Counted from the first letter of the stretch, positions 25,335-38,730 are shown. The stretch: 64,000 bases of DNA from Mobula hypostoma (GCF_963921235.1 NC_086108.1:89096001-89160000); one strand, 5' to 3'. Made by a program: numbers and translations. Notes: generated by a model not told the origin, from the sequence alone.

Positions 25335-25629
25335 GGCCCCACCTCCCCCTCGTACCCCATCTGTTACTTATTTTTATGCACACATTCTTTCTCTCACTCT
25401 CCTTTTTCTCCCTCTGTCCCTCTGAATATACCTCTTGCCCAACCTCTGGGTCCCCCCCCCCACTTGTCTTTCTTCCCGGACCTCCTGTCCCATGATCCTC
25501 TCGTATCCCCTTTTGCCTATCACCTGTCCAGCTCTTGGCTCTATCCCTCCCCTTCCTGTCTTCTCCTATCATTTTGGATCTCCCCCTCCCCCTCCAACTT
25601 TCAAATCCCTTACTCACTCTTCCTTCAGT

Positions 25630-25667
25630 TAGTCCTGACGAAGGGTCTCGGCCTGAAACGTCGACCG
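25630..25667 (+). ncRNA. Minimal hammerhead ribozyme
   Basis: TAGTC-CTGACGA-AGGGTCTCGGCCT-GAAAC-GTC^GACCG. Confidence 0.8.
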
Positions 25668-27466
25668 CACCTCTTCCTACAGATGCTGCCTGGCCTGCTG
25701 CGTTCACCAGCAACTTTGATGTGTGTTGCTTGAATTTCCAGTATCTGCAGATTTCCTGTTGTTTGTAATTAATCTGCTGATTTAACTTGATTTTTCTGTT
25801 AAAGTTGACATTTGTCGAACTGCAGAAGAATTTTGCACATCTGGAAATATCTGTGGGGGAATAATCAACGTATTGGGTTAATACTCTGCGACAGAACTGG
25901 GAGTGTAAAGGGCAGAGAGCTGGTATGAAGGGATGAGCAGGAAAAGTGAGTCAGGAGTTGGAAAATGATACCGAGATCAAAGAGCTGATGGGCAAATGGA
26001 GCCAAATGGGAGAGGAAGAGTTGAGATAGCGACAGAGGGTGATTAGTGGAGAAAACAAAAGGGTTACAGACTATGGAATCTGATAAGAATGAAAAAGAAA
26101 AGGAAAAAGAGGAGTTAGGGATCTTATTTGGTTCCCTGACTCCCTGATTGTCTCCAATAGCTTGTTTTTTGATCCAGATCCCAACATTTGCAGTCACTTG
26201 CATATTGATTTTCGTAACCAATGTTTGTAGCTGAGTCTATCTAGACCTACCAAATGAGGATCCTACCTTTAACCTAACTACAAGTCTCCGCTTCATCTGG
26301 AAAGTGGTGCACATGCTGAGTTGAATCGGGAAGGATATCCCACACCACCAGGTTCAGGGACAGATATTACCCTACAAACATCAGATTCCTGAACTGGTGT
26401 GGATAACTTCACTCACCACAACTAGGAGCTGAATCCACAACCTACACTTTCAAGGCCTCTACAACTCATGTTCTCAGTATTATTTATTTTTGTTTGCATT
26501 ATTTGTCTTCCTTTGTACATTGGCTGTTTGTCAGTCTATATTTATGTATAGTTTTTCATAAATTCTAATATACATCTGTACTTAAATTCCCTCAAGACAA
26601 TGAATCTCTAGGTAATATATGGCAACATAAATGTATGTACTTTGTTAATAAATTTATTTTGACTTTGACTTTTGACTTGAATGTGATCCGTGTAGGTGTG
26701 GAAATGGACAGCATTCAGGATGTAGTTTATCTGAGAAAAGCAGTTGATTAACAAGAAAAGATAGCTGATAATAGATCCATGGAGGAATTAAGAGACAGTG
26801 AGACAATGAGGCATTATTGAGATGCTCTGATGTAAATACAAATTAAATCTTCCAAAGTTCATAGTCACTATCTCTACCTTCTTGAATAAGGAGGGGATGT
26901 TGTAGTGTGCCGTTATCGTGTTAAAATGAGGAATTCCAGAATAGTTATTACGCAAGGCAATGTCAAAATAAATTTATTATCAAGGTGTACATGTGACCAC
27001 ATATTACCTTGAGATTCATTTTCTTGCAGGCATTTACAGGAAAATGAAGGAATACAACAGAATTTATGCAATCAATATACAAGTAAAGACTGACAAAGAA
27101 CAAATGTGCAAAAGAAGACAAATTGTTCAAAAAATAATACTGAGAACATGAGTCCTTGTAGGTTGTGGAATCAAGTCAGGGTTAAGGTTAGTGATGTTAT
27201 CCATGCTGATTCAGGAGTCTGACAGTTGAAGGGTAATAACTATTCCTGAACTTGGAGGTGTGGGTCCTATACCATACCATACAGGATCTATGTCCTGTAC
27301 GTCCTGCCTGATAGTGGTAGCAGAAAAGTGCAAGGGATGGATGATGGATGTTGCTTTTTTGTGGCAGTGCTCCTTGTTGATGTGATCAATTGTGGGAAGG
27401 GCTCTGCCTCTGATAAACTACGCTGTATCATCACTTTCTGCTGACTTTTCCATTCCATATTCTGTC

Positions 27467-27915
27467 TAGGTAGCCCCCAAAATAATGGCATGTACATCAA
27501 TTTTTCTAACTTCTGTTAATTTCTCCACCCCCTCTTTCTCGCTCTTTCCGCTCCCTATTCTGGCTCCCTGCTTACACCTTCTCTTTTCCTCACCTGCTTT
27601 AATATCAGTCTGGTGCCCCCCCCCTTCCCTTTCTCCCACAGTCCACTCTCCTCTCTTATCAGATTCCTCCTTCTTCAGCCCTTTACCTTTTCCACCTATC
27701 ATCACCCCCTCCTCCATCTACCTACCTTCCCCCTCACCTGGTTTCACCTATCAACTACCAGCTCATATTTCTTTCCTTCCCCCAAATTTCTTACTCTGGC
27801 TTTTTTTCTTCCCTTTCCAGTCCTGATGAATGGTCTTGCCCCAAACCATTGAATGATTATTCTGCTCCATAGATGCTGCCTGACCTGATGAGTTTGTCAG
27901 CTTTTTTGCATGTTA
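27467..27915 (+). mobile_element. Old Penelope-like 3' end with decayed hammerhead (about 27818-27855)
   Basis: LGSPQ..GMYINFSNF end of ORF, pyrimidine tract, CAGTCCTGATGAA, GATGCTGCCTGACCTG. Confidence 0.75.
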
Positions 27916-28170
27916 CTCCAAACATCATATGATTGATGCTTTTAAAGTAAGAATTGTATGAGATAGTTAGTAAGGCTTTATTTATGAACAAAACATAAAC
28001 TATAATTCTATAACCAAATTCATCATTATTGTTATTCTCCATGTGAAATGCTGTGAACTTCATTTTCTGAAAAATATAAGTGTCCTGTGTTGTGAAATTC
28101 TCTTCCAGTAAACCAGATATTTGGATAGAACCTTCTCCATTTCTATAACAAAAAATCAATTTACATAAAA

Positions 28171-28887
28171 TCATGAGGTGGTCAGGTGCCCACTCTTGCC
28201 TCTCTTTCACACTTTATATATAATCATGGTCCCGTCTGGCAATTCCCCATCTTGCTATCACCTCCTTAATTGGGCCTTAATCCCCTCGTCTGATTTCCAA
28301 TCATTTGCAGTTCCACTAATTACAGCACACCTGATTCCCATTAGCAAACATAGGATAAAACCTGGGCAGCAGAGCCATGCTTTGCCAGTTTGTTGGTTGA
28401 CTTTATTGTGAGTAAACCTTGTTTCTTGATTCCTTGGGACTGTTAGTTTTGAGCTCTGCATCATTTCCTGGATACTCTATATAAACCTTGTCTCTGTGTA
28501 AAGACTCTCCTGGATACTGGTTCCCCGTTAGCGGTGGTGCTAATGTCTTGTGACTCTGCCTCTGTGCCTGTGTTCTGCACTTGGATTCATCCTTAGCCTT
28601 GTCCTTACAACAGAACAAACTGGCCAAGAATGAACCCAGTGGACATGGACCCTGTGCAACAGGCCCTTGCCAGCCAGGGCTACCTACTGGGCATCCATGA
28701 CCAGCTGCTCAGAGAGGTCACAGAAAATCTTTGCGTGCTGTCCATGAATGTGAGGAAGGTCAGTGAGCAGGTTGACTGGGTATCTGTTTCCTTTACTATG
28801 TCCCTTCCAAAAACCCTGACTGACCAAACCGCACAGCCTGGGATGGCTACGCCCCTTGGATTGACAACATGCATTAGCGGAAGTTAG
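28171..28887 (+). mobile_element. Sushi-like Ty3/Gypsy 5' LTR (about 28171-28612) plus start of gag (28630-28887)
   Basis: LTR-like segment ending ...CTGCACTTGGATTC...AACA, short leader GAACAAACTGGCCAAGA, then MNPVDMDPVQQALASQGYLLGIHDQLLREVTENL resembling the gag N-terminus of fish Sushi-type elements. Confidence 0.65.
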
Positions 28888-28892
28888 AGAGG

Positions 28893-29635
28893 TCACTTCA
28901 CCTGTGAGTGGGCTGGGGTGATATAATGCGTCTGGTGCTCCCGATGTGGCCTTCTATATATTGGCGAGACCTGATGCAGACTGGGAGACCGCTTTGCTGA
29001 ACACCTATGCTCTGTCCGCCAGAGAAAGCAGGATCTCCCAGTGGCCACACATTTTAATTCCACATCCTATTCCCATTCTGACATGTCTATCTGTGGCCTC
29101 CTCTACTGTAGAGATGTAGCCACACTCAGGTTGGAGGAACAACACCCTGTATTCTGTCTGGGTAGCCTCCAACCTGATGGCATAAACATCGACTTCTCTA
29201 ACTTCTGCTAATGCCCCACTTCCCCCTTGTACCCCATCTGTTATTTATTTTTATACACACATTCTTTCTCTCACTCTCCTTTTTCTCCCTCTGTCCCTCT
29301 CCCTCTGTCCTTGCCCATCCTCTGGTTCCCCCCCCACCTTGTCTTTCTCCCTAGGCCTCCTGTCCCATGATCCCCTCATATCTCTTTTGCCTATCACCTG
29401 TCCAGCTCTTGGCTCTATCCCTCCCCCTCCTGTCTTCTCCTATCATTTTGGATCTCCCCCTCCCCCTCCCACTTTCAAATCTTACTAACTCTTCCTTCAG
29501 TTAGTCCTGACGAAGGGTCTTGGCCTGAAACGTCGACTGTACCTCTTCCTAGAGATGCTGCCTGGCCTGCTGCGTTCACCAGCAACTTTGATGTGTGTTG
29601 CTTGAATTTCCAGCATCTACAGAATCCTCGTGTGT
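28893..29635 (+). mobile_element. Penelope-like element copy 4 (GIY-YIG region plus 3' end)
   Basis: Near-identical to 25015-25764. Confidence 0.9.
29502..29539 (+). ncRNA. Minimal hammerhead ribozyme
   Basis: TAGTC-CTGACGA-AGGGTCTTGGCCT-GAAAC-GTC^GACTG. Confidence 0.82.
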
Positions 29636-31149
29636 GTCCTACTGCAGAAGTGTTTTGGCTTTGTCTAAAGATGAGAAGTAATTTTGTCCAACTTAGGAAA
29701 GTTGTGTCAGCCAATTGTAACTTTCTGCCCAGTGGAAGATTTGGGAGAGCTGGGCAGGATCAGGTTTCTGAAGGAGAGTATTCTAGTTTGGGGTCTTTTG
29801 GCAGGAGCTGCGGTACAGGGCACAAATGGAGATGCAGCAGAATGTCTTTGGAAGGTGAGTCCCTGTTGCAAGAAGTGCTTTGTGCTGATGAATGGCTCCA
29901 AGGAGGAAGGGCCAATACTCCTGAGAAATCCAATTCATTTGAGGTGGTCTTTGAGGGACGTTCGCGCAGACCATGGGTCCAGCCTGTGAGTGAAGCAATA
30001 CAGCCCCAACAACTCCAAAACTGAGCTGCAAATTTCAGTGCACATTCAGGCTGGATTAACTGTAATGGGCCCTTTTACCTTTTTCTTTCTCTGTTAAATG
30101 TTTGATAAAGTTGGAAATTGGTAAATATACTTTCTTTATAATTTCATGCTGGTGCACAATCTGTCATTTCTGGGCTATGGAGAACTGTGTATGTCAGTAT
30201 TTACACCGCATTCACTTAAATCAAGGTTTTGTTGAATCGGAACATCCTGATGTTTCTATCTGGTTGAACCCCAAATCATACCGACCCTGGGCGTTCATTG
30301 CTTATGAAAGGTGGCTTTCTCACAGCTGAGTCACGTGGCTGTTGGCAGAGTTGGCTAATGAGGTAAGTTGGTGCATGAGCAACTCACAACTTGGTGTATG
30401 AGCCCCAGTGAGAGGATTGCTCTCCCAGCAGGGAATTTTTACCCTTGCATTTCAACTCTACCCACAAGGTTTTAATATCTTCTTATCATATCTTATTTCT
30501 TTCTAAGGCTTTGATTTCATTTTCAACAACAAATCAACCCCGCACCTTCTGTCCATTCAATATGATGATCATCTTTGGGTGTTAAGCTCCCAGCTGTGAA
30601 CATTTTTCAAAACATTACACTGTGATGCCAGAATGTCATATCTGCCACCTTCTACAAGATTATTTACCTTTTATCATATGCTGTGTGCATTCAAATATGA
30701 CACTACCTGTCCTGTATTCACCACCGTTCTTTTCAATTCTGTCTCCATGCTGCCTGAAATTAAATTCTCATTCTTGTCTTATTCTTTATTCTGGAGATTT
30801 CAGTAACCTCTCTTGCACTCTTTTCTTTCTATTAGTCCATACTTAATATCAACTCCTGGCTTCGGCTTCTATTTTCAAAGATAAAGATCTTTAAAGATTA
30901 GCTTTATTTGTCATGTGTATATTGAAACATATAATGAAATGTATCATTTGTTTCTCATCAAGTCCATAAGGATTATTCTGAATGTCGCTACATTTCTGGA
31001 GCTAATATAGCATGCCTATATCTTATTAACCCTAAACGTAAGTCTTTAGAATGTGGGAGAAAACTGGAGCACCTGGAACAAACTCACATGGTCACAAGGA
31101 GAATATACAGACTCCTTACAGACAGCAACAGGATTCGAACCCAGAGTTG

Positions 31150-31935
31150 TAAAAGCGCGCCTGAAGGCTTTGTGTGTCAATGCAAGGAGCATTCGTAATA
31201 AGGTGGATGAATTCAAAGTGCAGATTGTTATTAATGATTATGATATAGTTGGGATCACAGAGACATGGCTCCAGGGTGACCAAGGATGGGAGCTCAACGT
31301 TCAGGGATATTCAATATTCAGGAGGGATAGACATGAAGGAAGGGGAGGTGGGGTGGCATTGCTGGTTAAAGAAGAGATTAACGCAATAGAAAGGAAGGAC
31401 ATATGCCGGGAAGATGTGGAATCGATATGGGTAGAGCTGCGTAACACTAAGGGGCAGAAGACGCTGGTGGACGTTGTGTACAGGCCACCTAACAGTAGTA
31501 GTGAGGTTGGAGATGGTATTAAACAGGAATTTAGAAGATTGGGGGGGGGATCTGATTGAAACGTATAAAATCCTAAAGGGATTGGACAGGCTAGATGCAG
31601 GAAGATTGTTCCCGATGTTGGGGAAGTCCAGAACAAGGGGCCACAGTTTGAGGATAAAGGGGAAGCCTTTTAGGACCGAGATTAGGAAAAACTTCTTCAC
31701 ACAGAGTGGTGAATCTGTGGAATTCTCTGCCACAGGAAACAGTTGAGGCCAGTTCATTGGCTATATTTAAGAGGGAGTTAGATATGGCCCTTGTGGCTAC
31801 AGGGATCAGGGGGTATGGAGGGAAGGCTGGGGCAGGGTTCTGAGTTGGATGATCAGCCATGATCATAATAAATGGCGGTGCAGACTCAAAGGGCCGAATG
31901 GCCTACTCCACCTATTTTCTATGTTTCTATGTTTT
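31150..31935 (+). mobile_element. Internally deleted CR1: APE endonuclease N-terminus fused to the 3' end
   Basis: NARSIRNK..GITETWL..GGGVALLVK..VVYRPP joined at about 31530 to GDLIETYKILKGLD; TTTCTATG tail. Confidence 0.9.
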
Positions 31936-33787
31936 TCACTGCTGGCGCCATAAAGTGTGGAACTAACCATTGTGTTGATTCTTGTCTACTTTGATGTTGC
32001 TGAATCTAAGGGGCTTTTTGGAATTCAAATCACTATCAAATAAGAAAGCTATGGATTGTACTTACAAACAACCAAACAATCTAACTGCTAGCTAGTAGAT
32101 TCCATTTCCAGGAGCTCATCATTTAGTTATGCCCCTCAGTACTATTTGTCTTTTCCCCCTCTCAAGGTTCGTATGTTTGTTTCTTTCCAGATTGTTGCCA
32201 TTCATTCTTACTTCATTCAGCGATCTTAACAGAAAGTACAATTCTGTGATAGGAATTAACTAATTATCATTCATTTGAATTTGAATATGGTCCTTGCTAA
32301 AGAGTTTGCAGTCATGTAGATCAAAGAACTGAATAGACTGATGGTCACTGGGCAAAAGGATAAAATTTATTATCTTGATTAGTTGCAATCATACAAGATA
32401 GAACTAATTTTCAGTTATTATGGACTCCTGTGCTTGTGCATTGCACAAATAAAACAACACAATTTTGCATGTTCAAAGAAAAACAGAAAAATTTCTCTCG
32501 AGAAAACTAATGCCACTTGTTCATTGAAATTTATTTTTCTTGTATTACACTTGATCTATTTTTTTAACTATCTCAAGTTATATGACAACTAGCTTCCAAA
32601 CAGCATTTATCCCAAGCATGCATAAAGTTTACAGCTTTACAAAACCCTTTGTCAAAGTCTGACAGCACTCCCACACATAAAGTAATTTCAGCACTTTTAT
32701 AAGAAATTCTTTTCAGAAGTAAAATTGTGCTTTTATTAATCCTTCATGCAGTGGATATTCTTTTAAAATCCACATTCTGTAAAATATTTGCAGTACTGCA
32801 ATATAAAATATGACATTGCAAAGTGAGTGGAATGTTTGCAAGAACAATGAACACTATAACAGTTGAATATTATGGAGCACGGATGACTTCCCGTCAATAT
32901 GGCACCAGTGAACAATGGTTCCTTGGGCACCATCTTTCAGATAGCCAATCCCTTCAATAATTTACATATTACTATTTAACTATGGTTTTATTACTATTTA
33001 TTATTTATGGTGCAACTGTAACAAAAACCAATTTCCCCCGGGATCAATAAAGTATGACTATGACTATTTCACTTTTGCTATGTCTTCTGCTTGTTCTTGA
33101 TTGTACTTTGGAAACTGTTGGAGCATGTGATGTGCAGTCTGTAATTTGATCGAATGATCTAGCACTCTGCTGTGTCCGGAGAGCAGCCTCGAGGAGAAGG
33201 ATGGGGTCCCAAAGAGGACCGAGAACATGAGTTGACTCATGAAAAAGACCAGAGATGGGGTGCAAGGTTGCGAATGACTCCATTTCGAAGTGTCAAGGAA
33301 GATTGAAGCATCAAGGCGATTGGAGAGGAAGTCAGCGGTTGGTCGCTCTCAACGGAGGCCACGGGGGCAACAATAGTCGGTGATCCGGTCACCGATGTTT
33401 AGACCCGGCGTGCTGGTTGTTCTTCACAGAAGGATTGAGTTCATGTGGCCGCTATCCTTGAATGCTGACAGGAAGATGTTTTTAACATTCTGATCTTTGT
33501 GATTATTGGATGGCATGTTTATATTGGTTTCCTTCAGTTTTTCAGTGTTTTCTTTCTTGTTGCCAGTTGGCAGGTGGGGATCTGTTAGTTTTTGTGAGAA
33601 TGAGGGCCTTGAGGAATGGGGTCTGATCTCTTATTGGTGCTTCTCTGTCTGGCTGATCTGTTAGTTTTTTGTCAGAGGGGGTTGGGGGTTTTGATGCTAT
33701 TGTCACTGTTCTTCTCTGCTGGTGAGGGGGTTAGGAATTTGATGCTATTGTTGCTTTTTTTTTCTGTGGGTGAGGGTTTGGGGATTT

Positions 33788-34152
33788 AGTCATAGTCATA
33801 CTTTATTGATCCCAGGGGAAATTGGTTTTCATTACAGTTGCACCATAAATAATAAATAGTAGTAGAACCATAAATAGTAAAATAGTAATATGTAAATTAC
33901 ACCAGTAAGTTATGAAATAAGTCCAGGACCAGCCTATTGGCTCAGGGTGTCTGACTCTCCAAGGGAGGAGTTGTAAAGTTTGATGGCCACAGGCAGGAAT
34001 GACTTCCTGTGACGCTCTGTGTTGCATCTCGGTGGAATGAGTCTCTGGCTGAATGTACTCCTGTGCCCACCCAGTACATTATGTAGTGGATGGGAGACAT
34101 TGACCAAGATGACATGCAACTTAGACAGCATCCTCTTTTCAGACACCACCAT
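33788..34152 (-). mobile_element. Rex1/Babar 3' end, young subfamily with (TATGAC)n tail; related pieces at 32962-33066(+) and 45591-45765(-)
   Basis: ORF ...HPLH...RLIPPRCNTERHRKSFLPVAIKLYN; shared tail GGGATCAATAAAGTATGACTATGACT. Confidence 0.8.
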
Positions 34153-34849
34153 TTAATGCTATTATTACTGGTTTTTTTTCTGCAAGGGAGGAAGTGGGGT
34201 GGTTTTGGGTCTGAAAATTTTTTTCTATTCCTTTTTCATGGCGGGGTGATGGTGGTAGGTGGGGGGGTTAGCTGTTGTCTTTCAACAACTCCCATGGTTT
34301 TTCTAATATTTCATGGCTATCTGGGGAAGATGAAGATCAATTGTTTTGTACATACTTGGACAATAAAATGAACCTTTGAACATATACTCTGCTGTATATG
34401 TTCAGTGTCCAGAAACCATTACAATTTCCTTTTTATTCCTCCTTTAGACTCTGCATCAAACAAAATAATAACATGATTGAACGTTATAACCACATTTTCT
34501 TCCCCTCAATGTTGGAGGAAATTTAGCTTGCTCACATTGCGCTGACTCCAAGTCAAGTGCATCAGGGAGTTCCTTCATCTTGTAGATTCAAGAAGGCAGT
34601 TCATTGCCACTTTCTCAAACGGCAATTAGATGTGGGCAGAGAATGCTGGTTTTGCCACCTGCACTAATGAATAAAATCAACTTTGGCAGATGATCGGGAA
34701 AAAAAATCTCCTTCCCCTCAATCCCTCCACTTGCTGATCTCTGCTCTGGTTGTCTCCCTCCTGTCTAGTTTCAATAATCCTGGGTAGCACTTGCAAGCCT
34801 CCACACAAGGATACAAGTATTCTTCTTGTGAGGTCCCATTTGCTCAAAA

Positions 34850-35370
34850 ACTTCTAAAGTTGTACAGTGGAGAGCATTCTGACAAGCTGCACCTCTGTCT
34901 AGTATGGAGGGGCTACTGCACAGGACCAAACCTTGCAGAAGGTTGTAAATCTAGTCAGCTCCATCTTGGGCACTAGTCTACAAAGTATCCAGGATACCTT
35001 TAAGGAACGGTGTCTCAGAAAGGCAGCATCCATTATTAAGAACCTCTAGCACCCAGGGCATGCCCCATTCTCACTGTTACCATCAGGTAGGAGATACAGA
35101 AGCCTGAAGGCGCACACAGTGATTCAGGAACAGCTTCTTCCCTTCTGCCATCTGATTCCTAAATGGACACTACCTCACTTTTTTTTTTACTATACAGTAT
35201 TTCTGTTTTTGCATATTTAAAAAAAATCTATTTGATACACTTAATTGATTTGTTTGTTTATTATTTTATTTATTATTTTTTCTCCCTGTTAGATTATGTA
35301 TTGCATTGAACTGCTGCTGCTAAGTTAACAAATTTCACGTCACATGCTAGTGATAATAAACCTGATTCTC
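34850..35370 (+). mobile_element. Rex1/Babar 3' fragment
   Basis: LQKVV..., CLRKAASIIK..HPGH motif; AATAAACCTGATTCT tail. Confidence 0.7.
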
Positions 35371-36229
35371 TAGAAGACAGCCAGTGGATCCATGCAACTG
35401 GCGCCCTCCTGCTGTACCAGCTTCATAGCCTGGTGAGACACTTCATTCTCACAGCAAATAGCATTAAAGAATTTGCCTGTGTAAATTATAAGAGTGGAAA
35501 GACTATTTCATGCCAACAGAGCTTTTCTGATAGAACTAAGCTAATGATGCTTCTATACCAGATCTTTGGGGGTGGCAGTAACAGGAGAAAGCAGGAAGCT
35601 GGATTTTCACTTCAGAGTGTTTGTTTCAGGTCGAGCTAAATGTTCTGGAGTCAACTTGTGCATCAAACAGTTAGTAGCCCTTTTGCAGGTCGTTCCTCTC
35701 ACAGGTGCCACACAATCCAGAGTTAATCCAGCAGAATGCTTGTACAAACTACTCAAAAACCTCTGTTTTTAATGGATATCTAGACACGAAGGTGGCACTT
35801 GGTCTTGGACTATTCGGACAACAGCAGTACCTATGTCAGGCTGCTGTTTATTGATTGCAGCTCAACGATTGACGCAATCATCCTCTCAGTACTAATTAAC
35901 GAGCTTCAAAACCTGGGCCTCGCAGTCGAGCTACAGGTATTGCAGCTGCTTCAGGTTTCTTGCAATCAACAGAATGTTAAAATAGTGTCATTAGGGGGTG
36001 ACTATTTGTGTTGAGCTCTCATGAGGATCATCAATTATTCCCATTTAGGGCCACTGCAGCTGAAATCAATTCATTGTCATGTGTACTTCAGTAAGCAGCA
36101 TCGTTTAAAGACATTTTTAAAAATCTATCTATACTCAAAATCGACAAACCTCGGACAGCAGATTCAGGTTGAGTGCAGTTCCCCTTTAAGAAAATGGAAG
36201 TGGGAATGGCAGGCTGATCTTTAAGTATA

Positions 36230-36560
36230 ATTGAAATGCAAAGAGTTTAGACACCTGCTTCCAACTATCCCGTTGCTGAATATACAGTCTTTGGAAAATA
36301 TAATTGAAAATCTCAGAGCAAGATTGCTAAACCAAAGGGACATCAGGGACTGCTGTGCAATTTGCTTCACAAAACCATTTTGGATGCAGCACTGCAGCTT
36401 GATAACTTCACAATTCTCTGCAAAAACAGGACAGCTGAGTTTTGTTAAAGGTAGAGGAGGTGGAGTATACTTTATGATTAACTTGTACTCAGTTCAACTC
36501 GCTCGACCTGGAAAATCTAGTAGTCAAATGTTGGCATTTTATCTGCCCAAGGAGTGATGG
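36230..36560 (+). mobile_element. Rex1/Babar APE endonuclease N-terminal fragment
   Basis: LPTIPLLNIQSLEN..LRARLLNQRDIRDCCAICFT...GRGGGVYFMIN. Confidence 0.7.
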
Positions 36561-37535
36561 GTTTGCAAAAGGGAACACAGTTCCTCTTATTTATCTTTCT
36601 AATACTACCCCTACTGAGCTGATTTTGGTCAATGACATCTTTAGTTTTTTAACAGGTCATGGGGGGGGGGGGGTCATCGTGATAAAGAAATCTTTAATTT
36701 ACTGCCGATAGCAGCTTAATAGGCCCAGAATCCTTCTCAGTTCTCCCACTGTACTTGGCCTCTTCCCTTTCAGCACTGTTACTGCCAATGTGTCTGCAGG
36801 ATCCTTTACTTGCATTCTTGGAAACAGCTCTAGTTCTATCTTTGTATCCTTTTTTTCCCTTTTGAAGATCCTGACCTGTAGTTACGCTCTGACTTTGGTT
36901 CTTTGCGGAAATGTGTCCCGCTCTTGGGGCCTCACAACCGGCTATTTTTTTAATATCGAGGATGTGGCCTGGAAGATTAGCATGCCTTCAGGGTGCCAGA
37001 TTTTCATGGCTTTGGAGGCGGGTGGATCCAAGGCCGGTGCCGCCATCACCTGATGCATTGTGGGAGATGGAAGATTGTAAGCAGCGAGCTGGCTGTGTGC
37101 CCAGAGACCCGCGTTCTTTGGGCACAGAGCTCGGAAGAAACGATGCAACAGAGGTTTAACACCAGAAATCAGCGAGTTGCTTTGTTATGTCTCTCTTCTT
37201 GCTGTGACACGGGAACACCTCTTTTTCCCTTGTTAAGGAAAGGGAGAGACTCTGGTATGTCAAATTACCGGGTGAACGAGTAGTCTTTGAAATACTGCAA
37301 TTCTGTCTTTACTGATGCTTTGCTGCACGCTTGAATGCTCAGTGAGGGTTGCTGTTGCTTTTTTGCTGGTGGGGGAGGGGGGAACTGAGGGGGCTTTGGT
37401 GTCCTAACATTTAACTGTCATTCATTCTTTGGGGCATTCCTCTGTTTTCATGGATGTTTGGGAAGAATTATTTCAGGATGTACTGCATATTGTATACATT
37501 TCTCCAACATTAAATGTACCCATTGAAACCTATTG

Positions 37536-38730
37536 AGGAAGAGGCTTTTCATTCTAGAACAAAGGAGATGTCCTCCTTTTTCAAAGAAAGAGGCATCCCC
37601 TCCTCTACCATCAACACTGCCCTCAACTGCATCTCTTCCATTTCACACACATCTGATCTGTTCTTACGCCATCTTCCTGCCACCCTACCGGGGTAGGATT
37701 CCTCTTGTCCTCGCCTACCACGCCACCAGCCTCCGCTCCAGCACATAATTCTCTGAAACTTCTGCCACCTCCAACTGGATCCTACCACCAAACACAACAT
37801 CCTCACCAACCTCCCCCCACCCCCCCAAGACTTCCTGCTTTCGGCAGGGATCACTCCCTACGTGTCTCCCTTGTCCATTCCTCCCTCCCCACTGATCTCC
37901 CTCCTGGCTCTTATCCTTGCAAGCGGAACAAGTGCTTCACCTCCCCATACACCTCCTCCCTCGCTACAGTTCAGGGCCCCAAACAGTCCTTCCAGGTGAG
38001 GCAACACTTCACCTCTGAGTCTGTTGGGGTCATATACTGTGTTCAGTGCTCCCAGTGTGGCCTCCTGTATATCGGTGAGAACGACGTAGATTGGGAGACT
38101 GCTTCACCAAGCATCTATGCTCCATCTGCCAGAACAACCAGGACCTCCCAATGGTCTCCCATTTTAATTCCACTTCCCATTCCGATATGTCAATCCATGG
38201 CCTCCTTCACTGCTGGGATAAGGCCACACTTAGCCTGGAGGAAGAACACTTTATATTCCATTTGGGTAGCCTCCAACCTAATGGTATGAATATCAATTTT
38301 TCAAATTTCCAGTAATGCCTCTACCAACCTTCCCCCCCCCCCACTTCACCATTAACGGTCCCCTTGTCCCTCTCTCATGTTATCTCCTTGCCCACCAATT
38401 GCCTCCCTTTAGTGCTCTTCACCACACCTCTCCCTTCTTTCTTCCAAGGCCTTCTGTTTCTTTCAACAATCAACTTCCTAGCTCTTTGCTTCATCCCTCC
38501 CCCTCCAAGTTTCACCTATCATTTGGCATTTCTCTCTCCCCTCCCCCCACCCCGCCCCCCCCCCCCACCTTTCAAAGCTATTCCTCATCTTTTTTCCCTC
38601 CACTCTTGCCAAAGGGTTTTGGCCTGAAATATTGACTGTACCTTCTTCCTTAGATGCTTCCTGAGTTCCTTCAGCATCTTGTGTGTGTGTTGCCTGGATT
38701 TCCAGCATTTGCAGACTTTCTTTTGTTTGT
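37536..38730 (+). mobile_element. Penelope-like element, older subfamily (C-terminal region plus tail, decayed hammerhead at about 38600-38640)
   Basis: EEAFHSRTKEMSSFFKERG; VIYCVQCSQCGLLYIGE; GSLQPNGMNINFSNF. Confidence 0.9.

Larger units (their letters stand above)
24187..25764 (+). mobile_element. Penelope-like element copy 3 (5'-truncated, young)
   Basis: Flanking duplication TTGTAATTAATCT at 24174-24186 and 25763-25775; uninterrupted ORF; hammerhead-bearing tail. Confidence 0.95.

Noticed and set aside
29640..30030. 143-aa ORF as a continuation of the Sushi gag
   Set aside because: It begins in the Penelope tail and shows no gag or other recognisable motif
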